A DNA stretch of 64,000 nt from NCBI RefSeq assembly GCF_902459465.1, contig NC_047062.1, forward strand, positions 17,608,001 through 17,672,000, written 5' to 3'. This DNA comes from Asterias rubens (taxonomy: Eukaryota). Both the position numbers and the translations under genes were made by a program. The notes beneath the pieces were generated by a model, which worked only from the letters and a program-made list of their open reading frames with translations, was not told the DNA's origin and ran no database searches. Shown here one piece after another: positions 37,001 through 47,225 of this stretch. How positions within the stretch are numbered: position 1 is the first letter of the stretch; each line of letters starts with the position of its first letter.

Positions 37001-40000
37001 AAGAAATGGAGGAGAGCAATTTTGGGTTGGGTCTTTGTTTTCGTTTGAACACATTTTTTCCCCAGCCCAACACCATAGAATAAAATACTTATTAAAAAAC
37101 TTACAAAACAATGTAAAAAAATTAAATTAATGGTTGAACTAGAAGACTGTTGTAGCATTGTAAGCGGTAGCGCGATATTGACATTTCCTATTCTGGCCGC
37201 ACAAACAAAAAAAGACTTTTCAAATTGAACATTACTTCAACCTTACATACTGTCTGAGCTTCAAATTACTCCTGTACATGTAGGTCAATAAAACTCTCTT
37301 CTTTTATAATCCTTTTGAAAAATGGCAAAAGTTAAATTTTTTTCACACATTAAAAAGATTTAGAGCATGGTCACCGTTGCGACATTTTGGAACTTTTTTG
37401 ACAAATAAATCGGGTGATCGTTTTCAATTAATACCGCCCTCTCTTGACTTCCAATTGAAAAAATACCGCCATCTGTAGATAGAGAGAGGTTCAGAAAGAT
37501 CGTAGTGCTTTTTTCTCTGTCTGAATCGGTGAAGAAAACAGGTTTTAATAAACAATCAGCAACGGCCGGGTATTCTGTCAAACCTATATCAGTAAAATCC
37601 TTGTCCATTTCTGAGTAAGAAAAGTTCGGTTTCGCTCCCGCATGAAGTTGTGCATGGAATTTGCCGAGGTTTTAATTAATCCTCTCGGTTAAAGTTCTCA
37701 GTAAAATCTCATTTATGAACATTTGAGTGTGCGTTAAGGGATAGGGCAGCAAGCGTAACAGTGCGAGGGGTCTTACTTTTTAACAATTTTTTTTACCTCA
37801 GTCGGCAACCAGAAGAGCCCAAGTGTTTGTTGTCTTTTGGAAGGCATAAGTAACTAACGAAAGCACCTAGACAGTTTGCACCAATGAATTTCTCCTGAGG
37901 AGACCTTTAGTTTGATGTAAAATTTTAATTTATTTTGGGGAAAAAATTGAAAAAATGCTAATTGTTGGTTACTGTAGTGTATGCATCCTTTCTCTAACCC
38001 TACAACTAACCATATTAACCCCAACTGTTCGCTGTATGAAAGACTTCTAATTCTGTATATCATATTAACTATGGTGCCTAGAGAGGCACAACAATATTTT
38101 GTATTTTCTGATACAGCGCAGAGAGAGTAGACAGTCACCGTCCATGACCAACATGCCCACGAATCACGATAAATTACACGTATGACTATCTAAATCTAGA
38201 CCTGTGGCTATATAAGTAGGCCGGTCAACAGAAATTACAAATTCATAATATATAGCTAAAAGTGTTACCATTAGAAAGATCTCTCCGAGGCGATTCCAAT
38301 TTTTTTTACCTTGTATCTCTAGGACATACGGTTTTCGAGTTATGGTGATTTAAAATGTCTGGAAAACGTCGTTTTGTCATACCAAAACTCATCGTTTTGA
38401 CAAAAAGTGTCAAAATACTGTTTTTACAAGGCTATAATTTCATATTAATACAATTTAACAAACTAAAAGCAGCTTTTTCCTGAAGCAAACATCCCATATG
38501 TTACCCAAAAAACAAAAAAGACATACCAAAATACACACACTGTAAAATAGAGGGTCTTGAAAATTACAATTTATGCCATCAAACCTACTTTAGTCGTTCA
38601 AAAACAAGGAATTTACCCAAAAAGTGTGTTTTTGAAGGCAAAATAATTCTGGGTTAACATGGTGCATGCTACTTGTTCTGCAGGCTCTGGGTAGAGATGT
38701 GTCTCTATTTTCATCTTTTCACATTTGGTATGTATTACTTATTCATCACAATCGTTATGAATCACCAAAAAATGAAACAAGTCTCTGAATTCATGCGTTT
38801 TGAGGATTTCGAAGCAACTTAATATGCAAAAACTGTGTAACAACAAAACTACATTATGTAATTCCTTGCAAATTGGTACACAGTGGTGTTTTAAGATGCT
38901 TATTAAGATGACATTAATTAAATTGGGCCTTTACCTTTGCTAATCCTATTGATTGGCAAATTACATTTTTCGTATGCAAATTAGCTAATTAATATGCAAA
39001 AACTGTGTAATGTCAGAACGGCACTACGTATTTTCTTGCAATTTGGTACTCATTTGTGTTTTAAAATGGTTATTATGGTGACATAAATTAAAGTGCTATT
39101 TAATAAATTGATTCTGCTTTTGTTATTATGAGTGTGGAAATATAATAATAATAAATGCCCAGACTTTTGGCAAGTTGTCGGGGGTCTCGAGAGGAAGCAG
39201 CTTAATTTTATTTTCATTAATTCTTATTCTGAAGGTTTTTACAAAAAAAATTACAAAATAAAGTAAATCGTGTTTGCCAGCTTAACTATTGTTCACCATT
39301 TACATTTTATTTCTATACTTCAAAGCACTAATCTAATTTACAAGATAAAAAATAATGAAGTACTTGTTCATAAAAACCCTGAGAATCAGCCAAATTTTAC
39401 GTTTGTAAATAAGGAAATGAATAATGCATCATTTTTGGATATTCCAAAATTTAGGGGTGCTAAAAAATAGAACATACATTTTTTGACAGCTAATTTCTTT
39501 GTTTGGAAAAAGGTATTGTCATCTCAGTTCTCTAAATGGTTATTGTGATTAAAATCATGGTTTTAATTAATTAATTATCCTTAGTTCCCTATACAAAATG
39601 ATATATTTTTATAACATTACAAAGCGCACACCCCTCCCAAAAATGGTATAGCCCCACAAAACATGCCATACTGTTGCACAACAGAATGTGCATGTACACG
39701 TACGTAGGACTACTACACACATGCGGCCAGGTGGCCGTATGCTCAATGCACGTGAAATCCACACACACGTACACACAATAGGCCGATCGTTACTGGACTC
39801 ATGTCACTCACTCAAAAACGTTCACATTTCATTGGAGATACAATTTTCAGATGCTGTTTTCATCGTGAATGAGCACTAAAACTGTACAAAAGGTTAGTTT
39901 TTATGGAAGGAGAAATACTCGACTACCCATTTGCGGTTGCGCTTAGGAAATTACTCACCCTTTTCTTAGAGATCGCAAGTGAACTTTCTTCTGAACGTTA

Positions 40001-40935
40001 TAACTTTTTGGTCGAGCTTAACCCCCCAACAGCGCATGCGCCAAATGAAAGCTGAGGATCTAAGCTTTCGAATGAGACCTCTTGCGGTGAGATTGGACAA
40101 TGGCATCACCGGAATTCTTGCGATCGAAAATTCACTGTAACAATTTTTGTCGGCTACGGTTTCGTGAAGCTGAGCTTCACGCTGCGTATACTCAAGTTCA
40201 GAATGCTATAAAATTTATATTAAATACACAAAAATAACGAAACTTTAACAACATATGCAACCTATAAGTTTATTTTACTTCCAAAAAATTCACAGTCATA
40301 GCTCAAACAACAACAAAATTACAGCAATTCTAAAACGGCTATCTGTGTTGCCGATAGTCCGTATCCAGGTTGTGTTTGTGTGAGTGGTTGACCGGCCTAA
40401 TATAAGTTATCTATAGGCCCCTAAGTATTTTAAAGCTTTGTTACGTTGTTATATTGATTAATTTATTAATGATTATGAGTATTATAATTATATCCTACCT
40501 ACGTCCTAGTCCCAATTACAACTCAGTTTTTGAGGAGGAGAATACAAAAGGAAATGGAGGAAACTACATCAGTAACATCAAACCTTCACCCTCCTCAGCT
40601 TTTATTAAATAAAAAAAAATAGGCCTATCTCCTATATATATATATAAAAAATTCCCCTGAAAAATGTTGGTCAAATAAGGCATTTCTCCTTACTTTTTCT
40701 TGTTACGTTGAGGGCGCATGTCACTAATTTACTAAAATAAGTTTGCTTTACAATTTTTACATCAACAAGAAAAAAGACGACATAACCACTGCACAACATT
40801 AAACGTGACTGAAGACTCCACCAAGAAAAGAAAGGGGCGACAAGTCCATACTTACCAGTGCCAGTTGTTGACATTTGTGGCGTCCGAGCGCTCCTCCACG
40901 ATCCATCTTGGGTCTCCTTCTCCCCACTTAGCCAT
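31022..40935 (-). CDS. AHSA1: Activator of HSP90 ATPase homolog 1, 10 coding exons, ~345 aa
   Basis: complement join(40935-40856,36831-36752,36622-36512,34805-34720,34363-34243,33730-33651,33073-32918,32498-32397,31861-31813,31194-31022) = 1038 nt. MAKWGEGDPRWIVEERSDATNVNNWHWTE, NRKGKLIFFYEW, GNVEIPNISDEN, GGKFSLFDGNVTGEF, WRFKTWP, GTFGFGARLF. Confidence 0.97.
31400..31760. mobile_element. Inverted-repeat element in AHSA1 last intron
   Basis: TATATAACTGACATAAAGATCCTTGTCATTTGAT pairs with ATCAAATGACAAGGATCTGTATGTCAGTTATATA. Confidence 0.65.
35141..36205. mobile_element. Foldback/Mutator-like non-autonomous element with arms of 16-bp tandem repeats
   Basis: Left arm (CTCGTACCCAAGTCAA)n, right arm the reverse complement; flanked by the 9-bp direct repeat CGTTTTAAT (35132-35140 and 36206-36214). 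Confidence 0.85.
38217..40399. mobile_element. ~2.2-kb non-autonomous DNA transposon in AHSA1 intron 1
   Basis: 13-bp perfect TIR TAGGCCGGTCAAC/GTTGACCGGCCTA, flanking 7-bp direct repeat ATATAAG, internal repeated motifs, no long ORF. Confidence 0.65.
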
Positions 40936-41044
40936 TGTGCAGAATGAACCGAAAATGACTCAGTGAGTAATTTGATGGAAGAAACGTTGGAAATTTCTCG
41001 AATTTGACGAAACACACAAACACACGCGAGTCTCTCTCTCAGCA

Positions 41045-41198
41045 ATAGACCTTTTCGCAAATACTGGGGCGCGCGCGTAAAGCTTGGAATTAGGTGCATT
41101 GTGGTCCAGCTGGTATCAAAATTTTATCCATATCTATCCCACAATGCACCTCATTCAATAGTCTGCGCTTGCGCATTGGTATTTGCGATAAGGTCTAT
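41045..41198. mobile_element. MITE with ATAGACCTT(T/A)TCGCAAATAC TIRs, upstream of AHSA1
   Basis: ATAGACCTTTTCGCAAATAC ... GTATTTGCGATAAGGTCTAT. Confidence 0.75.
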
Positions 41199-41199
41199 G

Positions 41200-41580
41200 A
41201 ACTTCTGTAGCGTGCGCCCTCTGGTGTCAATTAATTACCAATTCATTCGTATAGGAACCCGAGAGATACGTAGTGCGACATCCGGTTTGACCTTGCGCGT
41301 TGAAGTCTTTGTGTAAACAACGCGCGATTTATGTAAACTTGGCGAGAAACAGGGCGCCCGCGCGCGGTCAAAATGCGTTCGTGGTGGCCCGAATTTTAAA
41401 AGTTTCCCTGTGAACTCATCAACGAAAACGTTAGAAAAACTGGCGGGAAAATAGTAGACTCATGAATATTTAACATCCAAACCGACCTACGTTAGCCAAT
41501 CATCATTCTAGGCCAAGCGTCACCTTCCATTCACATGTAGATCTGACGCGATCGACTGACTTCCGGACGCACATCAAGGT
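41200..41580. promoter_or_regulatory. CpG-rich putative bidirectional promoter with a candidate plus-strand non-coding first exon
   Basis: CpG-dense; CCAAT at 41496-41500; ETS-like ACTTCCGG at 41559-41566; donor AAG|GTAAAT at 41579; lies head-to-head with the AHSA1 start. Confidence 0.5.
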
Positions 41581-42697
41581 AAATAAACCCTTTTTTTTTT
41601 ACTTTTTGCCAAAGCCCCCCCAAAAATTTCTTCAGAATAATAACAAAAGTATAAACATAGATTGTATAAATTTGCGTGAATCTATGAAATTCCCAGTACA
41701 TGATTTCTATTTGTCATATTATTTTATGAATGTCGTTGGTTTTCAATTTACTGCTTGAATTTTTTTATTTTCGTTTTGTGTAAATCTCGTCAAGGTCAAT
41801 GGGGCAATTTGTAATTTGACACCCGCAACATTTCACGTGAAACGCGCTCACACGGACAACGCCACAAATGGAGTGCCGTTAAACGATGCGTTTGACGGGT
41901 GCTTTGATTGTGGTCGTTGGGGTCGCTTTACTCCTCGTAGTAAAAGTAAATTCTGCCCATTTAGGCAACGATGCTTTTGAACAAAAGGGGCCTGTACACG
42001 TAGCTGCTTTTTATGCTTATTAAAAATAAATAGTTCGGCAATCTTATGCAAATATTTCTGCCATGTATCAGGTCTAGTGTAACCAGTTATTAGTTAGAAA
42101 ATGTGGGGTTTTTATGAATGAAAAAAAAAAAAAAAAAAAAAAAAAAAAACATTCTTTTTCACAGCTCAGTATAAACACTCCTCTTCTAGCAGACTTCAGG
42201 AAAATAATTAACAAACAAACAGGCTTGGCCAAACCAAGTTTGTTTTTTATTAAAAGCATCCGTCTTTTCATAATAACATTAATAATAACCAAGTAACTAT
42301 GTAAACTAGGCGAGAGTTTAATTAATAAATGCAATCCATAGGCCTACAATAAAATTTTGTGACAGTGCAAATTTGGAAAACAGTAGTTCATTTTTAAAAA
42401 AACACATCTTTGTCTATTTGTATTGTGTAATTATTTTTGTGTAATTAATAGGCCTAAACGACTTTTAATGGTCTGTCAGGGAAAACCTCATCTGTATTAT
42501 AATTATTATTTTTTAACATTAAAAATTAAATCACATTGTCAAAGAAACAATTTGTGCAATAAACAAATTGTCAAAGAAACAATTTGTGCAATAAACAAAA
42601 TCTAAGTTTTAACTTTAAATTATTGTTAATATAATTCAAACTTTAACATTAATTTGTTTTTCCTGTTTTTTTTTCTTTTCTGTAATACAGATTCAAA

Positions 42698-45600
42698 ATG
42701 GATGAACATAAGAGTTTTCTGAAAAGGTTATGTAGACTGTGTGGGGGGCGGTGCTTGTCATCATTGGACACGAAGGCTGGGAAATGTGCTAAGAGTTGTG
42801 CCAAATACAGAGACAAAATTCTTAGCACATTTCAGGTTGACGTCTCCCATGATGAAGAAAGCACTCACCCCCCTCACATGTGCCATTCTTGTTATACTTG
42901 TCTGTTTCTTTTGCCTAGGAAAGCTGCCCCCGCCTGGCCACCCCACCCAAGAACAGGTGTCTGCACTGTTTGCACAAATTCTGTCCACCAACATCTCACA
43001 GCTGGTCGAAAAAAGAAGCAGAAACGCACAGGGGTTGGCAGGCCTAGGATTACCCCTGCATATGTAGAGCACTTTAGCAGTCTCCCCCCCTCACCCACAG
43101 TCTCCAGGGATAAGATTTCCAATTTTGAGCCATTGTCAAGTACAGCCTTGATAGAATGTAAAATTTGCACCCAGTTACTTGACAATGCCCTGGAGACACC
43201 TTGCATGCATCTGTTTTGTTCCGGGTGCTTGACAGCACACTATAAATCTTTCAGAGAACCTAGCGCCCCATGTCCAGTCTGTCAAGTACCAGTGCACTTC
43301 GAGAGCATCACTGCCCCCCGAGGATATTTTGCTGATTTGTTTTTTAGTACAGCTATGAAGTGCACAGCATGCAAGGTCCATGTAACTGTGGGTGAAATTT
43401 CAACCCATGTTTGTTCAGTTAACCCACCTACAGTTTCAATTGCAGATAAAATCGTTCAGCCATCCACAACTCAAAGTGAAGTCACCCAGATGTTGCTGCG
43501 TCCCCTGACTGCGCCGTTAACCCCTCAGATGGAGGCTCTCGGAGCACACATCTTGAAGACCAAGCTCGCCCAATCTGCAGACGGGTTAACCACACAGTAC
43601 AGCACCGGTGGTCTGGTGAGTTGAATTATTTCCCAACTTAAGCGTTGCATTAAATTATTTATTAAGTTTAAAACTATTTTCTTTGTGTTTTTTTCCTTTT
43701 ACCTCCATGCAAGGAATTTCTTAAAATGATTTGAGATGCTGATTATTTTGTATCTTTTTTTTTCTCATAATAAGCCTCTCATGACACTTTGTGTCCCCAC
43801 TCCTCGGAAAAGCAGCGAGGTTGCCTCCTCCAAAACCATCCGACGGCGCTCAGAGATTTTAGACAAGACCCGTAACCTTCTCAGCAAGGGTGCAACAAAG
43901 GAGCAGCACAAAGACGAACTCAAGCTATGCCACCTGCGAAAAGATCTGCAGGGCATGTTGCGGGACTTAAAGATCAACACCATCAGGATCCCCAACATGC
44001 AGCTCCTTGCTGCGAAGGCTCACCTGGGAGTCTCTTGGAAGCGCACCAGGAAATTGAAAAGATGGTTGAGGGAGTACAACATTCTCACCGAAGGAGAAAA
44101 CGCCATGCGTCATCAACAACGAGACGTCGTGGCGGACAACATCATTGCTGAAAACCTCCCCTTTTCATTCCCTGACGACGTCAATGGAGGAGTTACCATC
44201 AAGCCAGCCCCCTGCGTAGCTGTGAAGTCCCTTGTCGCTAAAGTTAGACAGCAACTAGATGCCTACCAGAAGTAAGAAAAATAGGAAAGTTGAAACAGTT
44301 CATTATTAATTTTTAAGAACATAATTGAATAGAATGCTTAAAATTTGCTCCTCTCCTCAACAGGAACAACGAGCTAACTTGGCACGAGGGCAATATCCCA
44401 CAGACCGAGGTTTGGGTCAAGATCGGAGGCGACAAGGGAGGCGGGACGTTCAAACAGATGTTCCAGATCGCCAACGTTGGACGTCCCAATGCCCTTAGAC
44501 ACACCGTAGTTGCTTGTGCTTTCGCAGCAGGTGATACCAGCAACAACCTCAAGATTGGTCTCCTGCGCTTCTGTCAACAAGTTGCTGAGCTGCAGTCCTG
44601 CACTTGGAAGAGCCACAACATCAGACTCTTCATGTTCGGGGACTATGAGTATCTCTGCCGAGTGTATGGAATCACCGGGGCTTCAGGTAAATTCAGTTTT
44701 GTTTTTCGAAGTTCAAAAAAGCAAAATGTAGACGTATGTTCATTTTATTTTTTTCTTGTATTGAATAGGGCGACACTGCTGTCTTTATTGTGACATCACA
44801 AAAGAGGACATGCGCCAGCCCCGGGAGGAACGGACACCATCCAGGCAGAGGACTCTACAGACCCTGGACGACGACCTCCGCAGATTCAACGATGATGGCA
44901 GTAATCTCTCCAAGGCCAAACTCTTCAACAACGTGATCAGAGAGCCAATGTTTAGGATCCCGCTGACACAGGTAAACAATTTGCTAACTGTATTTAGCGC
45001 TTATAACAATTTTGTTTTTTAATTCAATGCACGTCAATGCAAATGAAGTTACAAGTTAGTTTGTTTCTTACTTATTACAGGTTTGCCCCCCCGGACTTCA
45101 CATCAGTCTGGGGTTATACCTCAAGCATTTTAATAGCTTTGAAGGGGCATGTCATGACCTTGACATGCAAGTGGCGGCTGTGTTAGCGTTGCAAGATGAA
45201 CATCGCACCGAGGAAGACAATCCAGCACTTGGCTCCTGCTTCAAGAGTGTCGTCTCCGTGTTGAAGAGGGCCCGGCAACTAGATCTGCAGGCAGAGGCCT
45301 TGGATGAGGAATTCCGTCAGAAAGAAGAAGACCTTGCGGACACCATCATGTCATCTGTGGAGGGAAGTGCAGATCTTCAAGCTTACATCACTGAAACAAC
45401 TGCACTGCGAAAGCAACAACAACATCTGGTAAGTTTTCATAACATAAAATGTAAAACTGTCTGAGGGTTTGCTGGTAGAAATCTTTCCTTAAAATATTAC
45501 TTGCAATATTCCTTAAAAAAAAATTTCATCTCCCGATGTCACACAAATTTATTTCTTGGGAGACTTAGGTTATCTTTGCATTTACATCATACATTGCCTA

Positions 45601-46490
45601 AGAAGTAATATTTCAACGGTTTCTACCTTCAAACCGTGTTGTTTAATGTAAACCTGTGGATATTGTTTTGTGTCACTACAAAAAGTACCCAAAACCCAAT
45701 CATTTCTATTCACTATATTGCCCATGTTATTAATTTTGTTCAGTTGGCGGAGGCAAAGGATCTTCGAGAAAAGGCAGCACTTAAGCCAGGTCAAGGTCCT
45801 CTAGCTGGGCAACTTGACATCGTTCTCCAGGATTTCCGGGTGCAGCGACAAGCCTACCATGGGAAGAGTTTTGTTGGCAATCATGTCCACAAATGTTGCA
45901 AGGTATACAAATTTTATAAGACATTGTGACAAATAACAAGTATGACTAATAACAATTATAACTGATAAGTATTTTAGAGCTAAAATATTTTACCTATCTT
46001 ATATATAATGCAGGAAGAAAACATCAAACTCCTAACCGACGCAGTAGTCAACAAAACCCGAGATCTTTGTCCTTCCCTGGTGGGTGAAGCAAGAACAGTC
46101 GCTGCAAAGTATGCCAAACTCTTCCAGCTGTTTGGCACTTGTCACCGGACGTTTAACACTTCATCGGTCCTGGATGGCCCAGCCGTAGATGCATTAAGCC
46201 AGGACATTAAGAACTACCTGGCTTACTTTCGAGCCACTTTTCCATCTGAGAGTGTGCCGCCGAAGATGCATCTACTAGAGGACCATGTCATCTCCTGGCT
46301 GCGGCAGTGGCACTTCGGTCTTGGCTTCCACGGCGAGCAAGGAGGGGAGTCGGTCCACGCCCATCTCAACACCCTCCGGCGTGACGTCCGAGGACTGCAT
46401 GAAGAAGTGGACATTCTGCAGTCTGTCATCCGGACTCACTGGGTCATGACCAGCCCTGCCCATGCACCACCTGCTGCCTTTTCAAAATAA
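42698..46490 (+). CDS. RAG1/Transib-related DDE transposase (Chapaev-type) with Chapa zinc finger and RING finger, 7 coding exons, ~974 aa, apparently intact
   Basis: join(42698-43615,43775-44271,44364-44686,44769-44971,45081-45428,45744-45902,46014-46490) = 2925 nt; all introns GT-AG, no internal stop. H-x7-CRLCG...D-x4-H-x4-CxxC..W..H...CxxC N-terminal finger; C3HC4 RING CKIC..C-H..CSGC..CPVC; core VKIGGDKGGG, FGDYEYLCRVYGITGASGRHCCLYC, PPGLHISLG, FVGNHVHK, PKMHLLEDH, GEQGGESVH. Confidence 0.88.
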
Positions 46491-46548
46491 TTTCATTTTA
46501 TTAATTTCCAAATCCCAAGGTTCAATCCATAAAGAACTGGTCACTTTT

Positions 46549-47225
46549 TCATGATGTGTAAATAATATATTTGTAAATGTACCTTAATCTTTGGTGTACG
46601 AGCCGCAATATTTTTGAGGGTCAAAATCAATTTAATCTGCGACTTATATGCCTAAGATTGTGGTACAAGAAACGGTGTAAGTATGTATCCTTTTGTTAAA
46701 ATGTACATAAAATCATACGAATTCATGATGTGTAAATTATAAATTTGTAAATGCATCTTAATCTTTGGTGTACGAGCCGCAATATTTTTGAGGGTCAAAA
46801 TCAATTTAATCCGCGGCTTATATGCCTAAGATTGTGGTACAAGAAACATGTGTAAGTATGTATCCTTTTGAAGAATTTTACATAAAATCATATGAATTCA
46901 TGATGTGTAAATTACAAATTTGTAAATGGCCCTTAATCTTTAAGCGTATGATCCCAAAGATTTGAGGATCAAATTCAATTTCATCCGTGGCTTACAATGC
47001 CTAAAATTGTGGTACAAGAAACGTGTAAGTAAACAAACGTGTAAGTAAACAAACGTGTAAGTAAACAAACGTAAGTATTTCTCTTATATGCCCAAGAATG
47101 TGGTACAAAAAACAGGTGTAAGTATTTCTCCTATTAACAAAATGTACATAAACTCATAGGAATTCAGGGTGTGTAAATAATAATTTAAAAATGTACAGGT
47201 CTTAATCTTTGGGGTTTAAGCCGCA
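46549..47225 (+). repeat. ~175-bp tandem repeat x3-4 with an embedded short (AACGTGTAAGTAAACA-type) tandem run
   Basis: TCATGATGTGTAAA unit starts at 46549, 46723 and 46898, with a degenerate fourth copy; short tandem run about 47020-47075. Confidence 0.9.

Noticed and set aside
42698-46490. Bona fide RAG1/RAG1L ortholog (ProtoRAG)
   Set aside because: First catalytic motif is GGDKGG rather than the RAG1L/Transib DG motif; no RAG2L ORF and no RSS-like heptamer/nonamer TIR found. No gene symbol assigned.
46549-47225. CRISPR-like repeat-spacer array next to a nuclease gene
   Set aside because: Units are whole tandem duplicates of about 175 bp with no distinct spacers.
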